Source: Paludibacteraceae bacterium
GTDB taxonomy: Bacteria; Bacteroidota; Bacteroidia; Bacteroidales; Paludibacteraceae
Assembly (NCBI GenBank): GCA_905233415.1
Contig: CAJOEX010000003.1
Location: 21,630-85,629, forward strand
DNA length: 64,000 bases
Direction of reading: 5' to 3'
A program made the position numbers and the translations under genes. Numbering within the stretch: position 1 is the stretch's first letter; each line of letters begins with the position of its first letter. The notes beneath the pieces were generated by a model, which made no database searches, was not told the DNA's origin, and saw nothing but the letters and a program-made list of their open reading frames with translations. Below, in pieces: positions 1 to 8,409 of this stretch.

Positions 1-807
1 TTTCTTCAGACGGTCGGGCACTACGTTGTCAATATTCTTGATGAAGACAATGTCGGCATCCTGTTGGTTGAGGTTCTCAATCAATGCGCCGTGTCCGCCA
101 GGACGGAAGAGCAGTTTGCCGTCTGCCGTGCGGAAAGGTGTACCGTCCGGATTGGCAGCAATCGTATCTGTCGAAGGCAGTTGCTCCGAGAACGACACTT
201 CATACTTCACACCGTATTTGTCTTCGAACTTCTTCAGGTTCTCTGCGATATGCTGACGGAACAGCGGCAGGTGCTCGTGTGAGACGGTGAAGTGAATGCG
301 TGTGGCACCTGTAAGCGCACCTTCTGCCAGGTGCTCCAATGCAGGTGTGCGTGCGCCGTCACGATATTTATGGAACAGCAGCAGGCCTTTCGGCAGCTTC
401 CCGTACGCCATGGTTTCTAACAGGTAACGAACCGCTTCCTGTCTAGATTTTCCGGCAAGTTGGTCGCCAAAGGCAAACTTGTCGATGTTCGACAGAAACT
501 CCTTGATGAATGGCGTTTCTTCACCGTTTTCAAGGTACTCGAACAGGTTCTTGAACATACGGCTTGCGGCACCGGAAGCCGGCACGAACTTCAGAATCTT
601 GTGTTCGCCCTTGCAGTATTCCTCCCAAGCGGCGATATATTCTTCCTGTTCCGCCTTTTTGGGCGCAAGAATACCGTTTTTCACCGAAGCGGCGGCAACG
701 ATGTCCAGACTTGGGAAACCTGTGCGGAAGCACTCCAATTGTTTTTCGGCTTTCTCTACGGAAATGCCGCGTTGAGCCAGTTGCTCTAAATCTGCTTGTG
801 TAAACAT
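1..807 (-). CDS. DUF4301-family protein, N-terminal part (the gene runs off the left edge)
   Basis: Absent from the ORF track because it has no stop inside the window. My translation of the minus strand from the ATG (complement of 805-807) gives MFTQADLEQLAQRGISVEKAEKQLECFRTGFPSLDIVAAASVKNG...KFVPASGAASRMFKNLFEYLENGEE... and stays open to position 1. The plus-strand ORFs listed here look like shadows. The family call rests on my memory of the KFVPASGAASRMFK block. Confidence 0.7.
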   Translation of the reverse strand, partial: MFTQADLEQLAQRGISVEKAEKQLECFRTGFPSLDIVAAASVKNGILAPKKAEQEEYIAAWEEYCKGEHKILKFVPASGAASRMFKNLFEYLENGEETPFIKEFLSNIDKFAFGDQLAGKSRQEAVRYLLETMAYGKLPKGLLLFHKYRDGARTPALEHLAEGALTGATRIHFTVSHEHLPLFRQHIAENLKKFEDKYGVKYEVSFSEQLPSTDTIAANPDGTPFRTADGKLLFRPGGHGALIENLNQQDADIVFIKNIDNVVPDRLKK

Positions 808-987
808 AGTATTGATAGTATTTGGTGGTTTATATACAATTTTCGCAATTTGGCTGCAAAATTAGCAAAAATTTTTGGAATTACCAAATAAATCGGCAGA
901 AAAATTTCTCTTTTACACAAAAAATGCGGGTGTGCAAATTTTTTTTGATTTTTTGCATTAAAGTTAGCCTTTCTTGTACTGTTCCTG

Positions 988-1053
988 CAATCTATCGTCA
1001 ATCTATCGTAAATCTAACGTGAATGTTACGTAAATGTTACGTGAAAGTTTCGT
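988..1053. repeat. Degenerate tandem array, six units of exactly 11 bp
   Basis: caatctatcgt / caatctatcgt / aaatctaacgt / gaatgttacgt / aaatgttacgt / gaaagtttcgt, read directly. It lies between the DUF4301 start and the KilA-N remnant. Confidence 0.9.
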
Positions 1054-1159
1054 ATATCTTTCATAGCTAATAGCGAAAAAAGTAAAGAAAATTTTGCGTT
1101 TTATAAAGCGCAATTAGATTTTTACGAGGAAAAGTTTGCACATCTCAAAAAAAAAGCAG

Positions 1160-1167
1160 TACCTTTG
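1160..1167 (+). promoter_or_regulatory. Bacteroidetes-type -7 box TAccTTTG
   Basis: tacctttg lies about 50 nt upstream of the ATG at 1218. TAnnTTTG is the established Bacteroidetes sigma-A -7 consensus. Confidence 0.5.
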
Positions 1168-1217
1168 CAGTCACAAAGGTAATAGTGAAATTACCGCAAA
1201 CGAAAAAACACAATAAT

Positions 1218-1450
1218 ATGAGCCAAATAGTAGTTCAAAATACGCCGATTACCATAATGTCGGAGATGGGGAATGATTACACCTGTTTGACAGATATGGC
1301 AGGAGCCAAAAACGATGAGGTTCGTGCGGCAGATGTAATCAAGAACTGGCTACGCAATCGGTACACGATTGAGTTTCATGGAACATGGGAGCAAATTCAT
1401 AATCCCAATTTCAAAGTGGTCGAATTTGACCACTTTAAAATGCAAGCCCG
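1218..1450 (+). pseudogene. KilA-N domain protein, N-terminal remnant only
   Basis: MSQIVVQNTPITIMSEMGNDYTCLTDMAGAKNDEVRAADVIKNWLRNRYTIEFHGTWEQIHNPNFKVVEFDHFK resembles the N-terminus of Bacteroides KilA-N proteins, which I remember as about 250-280 aa. The resemblance stops near 1445, where the frame enters a terminator hairpin and then the antisense of the TonB-like gene. Confidence 0.5.
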
Positions 1451-1465
1451 TTTTGCAGGCTTGCA
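1435..1465 (-). terminator. Rho-independent terminator of the minus-strand TonB-like/HTH unit
   Basis: Perfect 8-bp stem tgcaagcc(1441-1448)/ggcttgca(1458-1465). On the minus strand it is followed by TTTT (complement of 1437-1440). It lies about 85 nt past the stop at 1551. Confidence 0.6.
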
Positions 1466-1550
1466 TACACCGTTCCATATTTATAAGGTAGTATTAACAA
1501 ACGGTATAAATAGATTCCTACTGTGTTTTCGCGAAACGGTGTTTGTGATA

Positions 1551-2156
1551 TTATTTCAGTTTGAAGATCACAGGAATAGTATAGTGAACATTTACCGGTT
1601 CGCCGTTTTCTTTACCCGGTTTCCAGTCCGGCATGTTATTCACAACGCGCAAGGCTTCGTTATCCAGGCTTTCCGTGCCGCTGGACTTGACCACATGCGC
1701 ATCCGTCACCTTCCCTTCTTTCGTGATCACAAACGAGCAAGCAACCCGTCCTTCTTTTTTATCCTTTTTTGCGTCTGCAGGATACTTCACATTATCCATC
1801 AGATACGTCATCATTGCAGACACACCGCCAGGGAATTCCGGCATGCTGTCCGGCGCCAGAACCGGCAGTTCTGGTTTTACATCGGCTTCAAGTGAAGAAG
1901 CGATAGTCGCTTCGCCGTCACTCTTTACTATGTACACCTTCTTCCCGTTTTCATTATCGTTCCGGGTAACAGTCACTGAGGTAGCGCGTTTTTTGCCAGA
2001 TTCGGTGGTGTTAACAACAACTACATTGTCATCTTCGACTTGGACAACTTTGGTCTGTTTTGTGGAAGCATCGCTTTTGGCAGCTTTTTTGTTCTCTGCG
2101 CACACGCTTATTGAAACGAGCAGGCAAAGTGCGCTAAATAATACTTTCGTTTTCAT
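1551..2156 (-). CDS. TonB C-terminal-domain protein (energy transducer TonB family)
   Basis: Signal/anchor MKTKVLFSALCLLVSISVCA. The C-terminus PEFPGGVSAMMTYLMDNVKYPADAKKDKKEGRVACSFVITKEGKVTDAHVVKSSGTESLDNEALRVVNNMPDWKPGKENGEPV is a typical TonB_C module. Confidence 0.8.
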   Translation of the reverse strand: MKTKVLFSALCLLVSISVCAENKKAAKSDASTKQTKVVQVEDDNVVVVNTTESGKKRATSVTVTRNDNENGKKVYIVKSDGEATIASSLEADVKPELPVLAPDSMPEFPGGVSAMMTYLMDNVKYPADAKKDKKEGRVACSFVITKEGKVTDAHVVKSSGTESLDNEALRVVNNMPDWKPGKENGEPVNVHYTIPVIFKLK

Positions 2157-3052
2157 TTTTCTTTTGTTTTGAGGGTTATACTAATTAATTGTTCGCGCAA
2201 GTTCGCAGCAATGGTACCAAGTTTCTGCGCTGTGCGTGTTTTCTTATTGCTTATACTATTCTGTGATAAGTTCATAATATCCGCGATTTCTTTGGCAGGT
2301 AAGTCCAATAGGACCAACACCAAGAAGCGAACATCTTGTTCAGAGAGTTCCGGCTGGATAGCTTGCAATTTGTCTACTGCATCATATAGGTATGCATTGG
2401 CCGTAGAGCAAAATTGTTGATAATCATCCCAATGGAGAGCAGTCTGGAGCTTTCCTTGCGACAAAACCAGTGCAATATTACGTTCCAAGTCTTCGCGTTT
2501 GACAGATTTGGTGAAGGTCATTTTGCTGCGATATATGGCATATACAGCGATTCCGGCCCCGATTACCACTAACGTCAGTAATATTATCAGGATATTGCGC
2601 TTGCGCGTGTTTGCTGTCTTCGTTTGTATCACTTCACGATGGATCGTGCGGATGGCTTGTAGCATTGTGGCGTCGCCTTCTTCGCGGTATTTGCGTTCAG
2701 CTATCAGGCTGAGTTCCAGAATGGAAAGCGGGTAATAGATGGAATCGCTGAGATATAAAAACTCATTTGCCGCTTGACTGAAACACTCGAAAGCAAGCGA
2801 ATCCTGTTCCTCCGCCAAATACGCCTTACCAAGATGATAGATCACTTTTGCTTCTTTGGCAGTCTGGCCTTTCGCGCGGAATGTTTCAGCCGCGTCTTGC
2901 AACGCTATTATATCCGCGTACGTCTGTAGCGCGTTTTCTAAGGAGTCAGCAGTCCGAAGTGTCGTTTCGGCTACCTGTTCAGTCGTTCTATCATACATTA
3001 CACACGCAGACAACGCACATAAGATAATAATGTATACTACAATTTTTCGCAT
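2153..3052 (-). CDS. Membrane-anchored putative regulator with a C-terminal helix-turn-helix
   Basis: C-terminal LSEQDVRFLVLVLLDLPAKEIADIMNLSQNSISNKKTRTAQKL looks like a LuxR/sigma region-4 HTH. There is a central TM segment ILIILLTLVVIGAGIAVYAIY. The gene overlaps the TonB-like gene by 4 nt. The ORF-track start at 3070 is TTG, and I prefer the ATG at 3052 (MRKIVVY...). Confidence 0.5.
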   Translation of the reverse strand: MRKIVVYIIILCALSACVMYDRTTEQVAETTLRTADSLENALQTYADIIALQDAAETFRAKGQTAKEAKVIYHLGKAYLAEEQDSLAFECFSQAANEFLYLSDSIYYPLSILELSLIAERKYREEGDATMLQAIRTIHREVIQTKTANTRKRNILIILLTLVVIGAGIAVYAIYRSKMTFTKSVKREDLERNIALVLSQGKLQTALHWDDYQQFCSTANAYLYDAVDKLQAIQPELSEQDVRFLVLVLLDLPAKEIADIMNLSQNSISNKKTRTAQKLGTIAANLREQLISITLKTKEK

Positions 3053-3109
3053 AACACATATAGTTTTCAATTACATTTTTTGCAACAAATTCTGTTCCAA
3101 AATCCACTG

Positions 3110-3117
3110 CAAAGGTA
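3110..3117 (-). promoter_or_regulatory. -7 box TAccTTTG for the HTH/TonB-like unit
   Basis: The plus strand reads caaaggta, which is TACCTTTG on the minus strand. It lies about 40-60 nt upstream of the start. Confidence 0.5.
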
Positions 3118-3320
3118 CTACAATTTTCAAAGCCATCCAAATTTTACAATGCGACAAATGATTTTGTAAAGTGCTGATATATAGCAATAATGCAAAAATA
3201 ATTAGCGACATACCATTTTGTAACTGCGACAAAGGCGAGCCGAAGCCCGCTTTTTTTGAATCTTACAAATATTTCTGCAAAAAAAATGCAACTAAATTTG
3301 CACGGTTGTATTTTTTTTTG

Positions 3321-3328
3321 TACCTTTG
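3321..3328 (+). promoter_or_regulatory. -7 box TAccTTTG for the EF-G paralogue
   Basis: tacctttg is preceded by a T-run and lies about 105 nt upstream of the ATG at 3434. Confidence 0.55.
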
Positions 3329-3433
3329 CACGATTTTATGTGCGTGCATGTATGCCCGCGTGTGCAACATGCGGCGTAACATGCGATAAATAAGGAAATT
3401 AGAAAAAATAATCAAAAATATTAATAACCAAGT

Positions 3434-5596
3434 ATGGCAAAAGTTTATCAAGCAAACGAAATCAAGAACATTGCCCTGATGGGTGGCAGTGGTTCAGGTA
3501 AGACTACCTTGATGGAGTCAATGCTCTTCGAGAGCGGTATTATCAAACGTCGCGGAACCGTAGAGGCACAATCAACCGTATGCGACTATTTTCCGGTAGA
3601 GAAAGAGTATGGCTACTCGGTATTCTCAACAGTATGTAACATCGAATTCGGCGGCAAGAAGCTGAACATCATCGACTGCGCCGGTAGTGACGACTTCAGC
3701 GGCGGTACAGTAACCGCTCTGCACGTAGTGGACACGGCAGCCATCGTGCTGACCTGCAACGGCGGCGTGGAAGTAGGTACACAAAACAACTTCCGTCTGG
3801 CAGAAAACGCCAAGAAACCCGTGGTGTTCGTCATCAACAAGTGCGACCACGAGAACGCCAACTTCGAGCGTACTATCGAGGCCTTGAAGGACAACTTCGG
3901 CAACAAGGTATGCCTTGTACAATACCCGGTGAACGCAGGCGGCGGCTTCAATGCCGTTATCGACGTGCTGAAAGGCAAAATGCTGGTATGGAAACCCGAA
4001 GGCGGTGCTCCTGAACTGAAAGATATTCCGGCTTCTGAAGCAGGCAAGGTAGAGGAACTGTTAGGCGCGCTGCACGAAATGGCAGCCGAGGCAGACGAGG
4101 CGCTGATGGAGAAGTTCTTCGAAGAAGGCACACTGAGCGAGGAAGACACCATCCGCGGTCTGAAAGTGGTGTTCGCAGAAGCAGGTGTATATCCGGTACT
4201 GTGCGCATGCGGCGTGAAGGATATGGGCGCCCGTCGTCTGATGGAGTTTCTCGGCGACATGGCTCCGAGCGTAGCGGAAGCACCGAAACCCGTAACGAAA
4301 GAAGGCAAGGAAGTGGCTCCTGACGCAAAGGCTCCGGCTTCGATGTTCATCTTCAAGACCAGCGTTGAACCGCACATCGGTGAGGTGAACTACTTCAAGG
4401 TAATGCAAGGAACGGTTCACGGCGCAGACGACCTGCAGAACATGGACCGCGGCAGCAAAGAACGTATTTCACAGCTCTATACGGTAGCAGGAAGCATCCG
4501 CGTACCGGTTGACGAGGTAGCCGCAGGCGACATCGCCGCCACCGTGAAACTGAAAGACACCCGCACAGGCAATACGCTGAACGCCAAGGATTGCGACAAC
4601 CAATATCCGGCAATCTCCTATCCGGAGCCGAAGTACCGTCGTGCCATCCGTCCGGTGAACGAGGCTGACGCAGAGAAACTGAGCGCACTCTTGACCCGTA
4701 TGCACGAGGAAGACCCGACATGGCTCATTGAGCAATCGAAAGAGCTGAAACAGACCATCGTAAGCGGTCAGGGCGAGTTCCACCTGCGCACACTCAAATG
4801 GCGTCTGGAGAACAACGACAAGATGATGATTGAATACGACGAGCCGAAGATTCCGTATCGCGAGACGATTACGAAGGCAGCCCGTGCAGACTACCGTCAC
4901 AAGAAACAGTCCGGCGGTAGCGGCCAGTTCGGTGAAGTACACCTGATTGTTGAGCCGTACGTAGAAGGCGAACCCGTGAAGGAAGTATATAAATTCGGTA
5001 ACCAAGAATATCGTATCTCGGTTAAGGACACGCAGGAAATTCCGTTGGAGTGGGGCGGCAAGCTCGTGCTGATCAACTCCATCGTGGGCGGTGCCATCGA
5101 TGCACGCTTCATCCCCGCCATCCTGAAAGGTATCATGGACCGTATCGAACAAGGCCCGCTGACCGGTTCGTATGCGCGTGATGTACGCGTAATCATTTAT
5201 GACGGTAAGATGCACCCGGTTGACAGTAACGAAATCTCGTTCCGTCTTGCAGGCCGTAACGCATTTGCCGAGGCATTCCGCAATGCCAACCCGAAAGTAC
5301 TGGAGCCGATTTATGAGGTAGAGGTACTTGTTCCGGGCGAAATGATGGGTGACGTGATGAGTGACATCAACGGCCGTCGCGGTATGGTGCTGGGTATGGA
5401 GGCCGAGAAGAACTTCCAACGCCTGAAAGCACTTGTTCCGCTGAAGGAGATGTCGTCGTACAGCACCACCTTGTCAAGTCTGACCGGTGGCCGTGCAACG
5501 TTCACGATGAAGTTCAAGAGCTACGAACTTGTTCCGGGTGACGTACAAGACAAGCTCATCAAGGAATACGCTGCACAACAGGCAGAGGAGGAGTAA
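3434..5596 (+). CDS. Elongation factor G paralogue (EF-G2-like, non-canonical GTPase motifs)
   Basis: 720 aa with full EF-G architecture: G domain, then ...HLRTLKWRLEN..., GGSGQFGEVHL, and C-terminal domains. G1 is GGSGSGKTT and switch II is DCAGSDDF instead of DTPGHVDF. Confidence 0.9.
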   Translation: MAKVYQANEIKNIALMGGSGSGKTTLMESMLFESGIIKRRGTVEAQSTVCDYFPVEKEYGYSVFSTVCNIEFGGKKLNIIDCAGSDDFSGGTVTALHVVDTAAIVLTCNGGVEVGTQNNFRLAENAKKPVVFVINKCDHENANFERTIEALKDNFGNKVCLVQYPVNAGGGFNAVIDVLKGKMLVWKPEGGAPELKDIPASEAGKVEELLGALHEMAAEADEALMEKFFEEGTLSEEDTIRGLKVVFAEAGVYPVLCACGVKDMGARRLMEFLGDMAPSVAEAPKPVTKEGKEVAPDAKAPASMFIFKTSVEPHIGEVNYFKVMQGTVHGADDLQNMDRGSKERISQLYTVAGSIRVPVDEVAAGDIAATVKLKDTRTGNTLNAKDCDNQYPAISYPEPKYRRAIRPVNEADAEKLSALLTRMHEEDPTWLIEQSKELKQTIVSGQGEFHLRTLKWRLENNDKMMIEYDEPKIPYRETITKAARADYRHKKQSGGSGQFGEVHLIVEPYVEGEPVKEVYKFGNQEYRISVKDTQEIPLEWGGKLVLINSIVGGAIDARFIPAILKGIMDRIEQGPLTGSYARDVRVIIYDGKMHPVDSNEISFRLAGRNAFAEAFRNANPKVLEPIYEVEVLVPGEMMGDVMSDINGRRGMVLGMEAEKNFQRLKALVPLKEMSSYSTTLSSLTGGRATFTMKFKSYELVPGDVQDKLIKEYAAQQAEEE

Positions 5597-5600
5597 TAGA

Positions 5601-5667
5601 CCGCCCTGTGGGCTGTTAGAAGCGAGACCGTCCTACGGACTGTTAGATCGCCCTACGGGCTGTTAGA
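5601..5667. repeat. Three copies of a 20-nt unit, each containing a small GC palindrome
   Basis: ccgccctgtgggctgttaga (5601-5620), ccgtcctacggactgttaga (5628-5647), tcgccctacgggctgttaga (5648-5667). They lie between the EF-G stop and the first kinase gene. Confidence 0.85.
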
Positions 5668-5677
5668 TAGAATAACG

Positions 5678-6310
5678 ATGTACATAGCGATTGCAGGAAA
5701 TATCGGTGCAGGCAAGACGACGCTGACGAAAATGTTAGCCAAGTACTACGGATGGGAGCCACGCTTCGAAAGCGTGAGCTTCAATCCGTATCTGGAAGAC
5801 TACTACAGTGATATCAAACGCTGGTCGTTCTGCCTTGAGACGTATTTCCTGAAAGAGCGGTTCAAAGACCTGTTGGCGGTGCTGCAGTCACAACATACGA
5901 TAGTGCAGGACCGCAGCATCTTTGAGGGCGTTTATGTGTTCGTGACCAACAACTACGAGCGTGGTGACCTGAGCCAGCGCGACTACGAGACCTATATGGA
6001 ACTGTTCGGGCATATGAAGCGGCTGATGCGGCTTCCGGACCTGATGATTTACCTGCGAAAGTCTGTGCCGACGCTGATAGCCCAGATTCAGAAACGCGGA
6101 CGCGATTACGAGCAGTCGATGCAGATTGATTATCTCAAAGACCTGAACGACCGGTACGAGGACTTTATCTACAACAAATACGAAGGTCGTGTGCTGGTGA
6201 TAGATTCCGACGGTATGGACTTTGAGAACAACCCTGCGGATTTCCGCAAGATAATCGACAAAATAGATGCCCAGTTATTCGGCCTGTTCTCGGAGGAGAA
6301 CTGGAAATAA
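5678..6310 (+). CDS. Deoxynucleoside kinase
   Basis: P-loop IAGNIGAGKTTL, plus the ...QDRSIFE... and LIYL/IYLR blocks typical of the dNK family. Confidence 0.85.
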   Translation: MYIAIAGNIGAGKTTLTKMLAKYYGWEPRFESVSFNPYLEDYYSDIKRWSFCLETYFLKERFKDLLAVLQSQHTIVQDRSIFEGVYVFVTNNYERGDLSQRDYETYMELFGHMKRLMRLPDLMIYLRKSVPTLIAQIQKRGRDYEQSMQIDYLKDLNDRYEDFIYNKYEGRVLVIDSDGMDFENNPADFRKIIDKIDAQLFGLFSEENWK

Positions 6311-6341
6311 TTTATAATTGACAATTTATAATTGATATTTT

Positions 6342-6992
6342 ATGCATATAGCAATAGCCGGAAATATCGGATGTGGTAAAACCACGCTGACCAATATGCT
6401 TGCCAAACACTACGGCTGGAAACCGCGCTTCGAGAGCGTGGATTTCAATCCGTACCTGTCCGATTTCTATGAGGATATGGCACGCTGGTCGTTCAACTTG
6501 CAGATTTATTTCCTCAACAAGCGTTTCCAAGATATCGTGGATATCTCCAAATCGGATGATTACATCATTCAGGACCGCACGATTTACGAGGATGCGCGTA
6601 TCTTTGCGCCCAATCTGCACGAGCAGGGTTTCATGTCCGACCGTGACTTTGACAACTATACCGACCTGTTCAATCTGATGATGTCGCTTGTGAAGATGCC
6701 CGACCTGATGATTTATATCCGCAGTACGATTCCGAATCTTGTGGCACAGATTCAGAAACGCGGCCGTGCCTACGAGGCCAGTATGCGTATCGACTACCTG
6801 CAAGGTCTGAACGACAAGTACGAGCGGTGGATAGGCGATTATAAGGGAAAACTGCTCATCATTGACGGCGATACGTGCAAGTTCGGCGACCGTCCGGAAG
6901 ACTTCCGTTGGGTGACCGATCGCATTGATGCCGAGTTGTTCGGTCTGTTCCCGTTTGAGGCTGAAAAAGGAGTGGGCAAGGAGATAAAGTAG
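6342..6992 (+). CDS. Deoxynucleoside kinase (tandem paralogue)
   Basis: IAGNIGCGKTTL. It is clearly alignable with the upstream gene along its whole length (WKPRFESVDFNPYL..., QDRTIYED..., AQIQKRGRAYE). Confidence 0.85.
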   Translation: MHIAIAGNIGCGKTTLTNMLAKHYGWKPRFESVDFNPYLSDFYEDMARWSFNLQIYFLNKRFQDIVDISKSDDYIIQDRTIYEDARIFAPNLHEQGFMSDRDFDNYTDLFNLMMSLVKMPDLMIYIRSTIPNLVAQIQKRGRAYEASMRIDYLQGLNDKYERWIGDYKGKLLIIDGDTCKFGDRPEDFRWVTDRIDAELFGLFPFEAEKGVGKEIK

Positions 6993-7012
6993 AAAGAACG
7001 CTTCGCGGGCAG

Positions 7013-7906
7013 ATGATTTCGAGGTTTCTGGAATATATAGCCATAGAGCGGAAATACTCCAACCGCACCGTGGAAGCCTATCGCGATGACTTGCGGGACT
7101 TCTGCAAGTTCATAGGTTGGGAACCGGAAGATTTCAATCCTGCCGAAGTGGATGAAAACGATATCAAGACGTGGATGATTGACCTGCTGGAAGGCGGAAA
7201 ATCGCCGCGAAGCATCAAACGCTACCTGAGCAGTCTAAGGTCTTTCTACAAGTTTATGTTGCGAACGGGTGCCGTAACCATGGACATCACGCGCAAAGTG
7301 ATAGCACCAAAGGTTGACAAGCCGTTGCCGGTGTTCTTCAAAGAATCGGAGATGAAACGCGCCATCGCTTACGAAGGGGAAGCCGATGATTTTGAAAGCA
7401 TCCGTGACTGCCTGATTATCGAGATGCTGTACCAGACCGGAGCCCGACAAGCGGAAATACTTGGTCTGACAGACAACGATATAGACCTTGTGCAAGGGCA
7501 GGTGCGGATATTCGGAAAACGGAAGAAAGAACGGATAGTGCCGATAGGAGAGAAACTGGTCAAACAGATAAAAGACTACCTTGAGTCCCGGAAGAGTCTC
7601 GGAAGCGTCCCGGCATTCTTTGTGCGGGTGAAACGTAACGGCGAAGTGGAACCGCTGAGCAAGAGCACCTTATATACTATCGTGCGCGCGCGCATGGGAG
7701 AAGTCTCGACACTCAAGAAACATAGCCCGCATGTGCTCAGGCATACGTTTGCGACCACGATGCTCAATAACGGAGCCGACATAAGGACCATTCAAAGCCT
7801 GATGGGACATGCGTCACTGGCGGCAACGCAGGTTTATACGCACACGACGTTTGAACAGGTGCGGAAAGCATACAATGAAGCCCATCCGAGGGCGAAGAAG
7901 AATTGA
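7013..7906 (+). CDS. Tyrosine recombinase, XerC/XerD family
   Basis: N-terminal SAM-like FLEYIAIERKYSNRTVEAYRDDL and a C-terminal catalytic region ...HVLRHTFATTMLNNGADIRTIQSLMGHASLAATQVYTH. Confidence 0.85.
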   Translation: MISRFLEYIAIERKYSNRTVEAYRDDLRDFCKFIGWEPEDFNPAEVDENDIKTWMIDLLEGGKSPRSIKRYLSSLRSFYKFMLRTGAVTMDITRKVIAPKVDKPLPVFFKESEMKRAIAYEGEADDFESIRDCLIIEMLYQTGARQAEILGLTDNDIDLVQGQVRIFGKRKKERIVPIGEKLVKQIKDYLESRKSLGSVPAFFVRVKRNGEVEPLSKSTLYTIVRARMGEVSTLKKHSPHVLRHTFATTMLNNGADIRTIQSLMGHASLAATQVYTHTTFEQVRKAYNEAHPRAKKN

Positions 7907-7932
7907 AAATTTGAAGATTAAATATTATAACC

Positions 7933-8223
7933 ATGAAACTGACAGTAAAAGCAATTAACTTCGAGATGGCAGAGCGTCTCGAAAAGTACATTGAGAAAAA
8001 GACAAAGCGTTACGAGAAAATCCTCAATAACGCAGGTGCAGAAATGGAGATTCGTATGTCGGTAATCAAACCCGAAACGAACCTGAACAAAGAGACCAAA
8101 GTGCGCGTCATCGGTAATGGTCCGGAGATGTTTGCAGAGAAGGTTTGCGACACTTTCGAGCAAGGTCTCGACCTCTGCCTCGAAGTTATCGACCGCCAGG
8201 TTGAGAAGCTGAAAGACAGATAA
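7933..8223 (+). CDS. hpf: Ribosome hibernation factor, short HPF/RaiA type
   Basis: 96 aa, MKLTVKAINFEMAERLEKYIEKKTKRYEKIL..., which is the size and pattern of S30AE/HPF. Confidence 0.75.
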   Translation: MKLTVKAINFEMAERLEKYIEKKTKRYEKILNNAGAEMEIRMSVIKPETNLNKETKVRVIGNGPEMFAEKVCDTFEQGLDLCLEVIDRQVEKLKDR

Positions 8224-8280
8224 AATAGCAGTTTTTTGCAAAAAAAATACATTTTATTTGTGTATATCAAATAATTGTAG

Positions 8281-8288
8281 TACTTTTG
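8281..8288 (+). promoter_or_regulatory. -7 box TActTTTG for rplS
   Basis: tacttttg lies about 120 nt upstream of the rplS ATG. Confidence 0.5.
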
Positions 8289-8409
8289 CAGCCGATTTGC
8301 GTCTATAGTCTCTGGCGATTAAGGTAGCCGAGGGAATCGGAAGATTTGAAGATTGAAGGCGAATAGTAGTGCATACTGTAGGACGCGTAACAATTAAATA
8401 TCAAACAAA

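Noticed and set aside
1185-1895. 236-aa ORF presented as a single protein
   Set aside because: Only the first 85 or so codons resemble KilA-N. The rest runs through a terminator hairpin and antisense across the TonB-like gene. I treat it as a truncated remnant.
7013-7906. Tyrosine recombinase as a marker of an integrated mobile element or an invertible promoter
   Set aside because: It sits in a housekeeping context (kinases upstream, hpf and rplS downstream). I could see no flanking direct or inverted repeats, cargo genes or tRNA attachment site. It looks like the chromosomal XerC/D-type enzyme.
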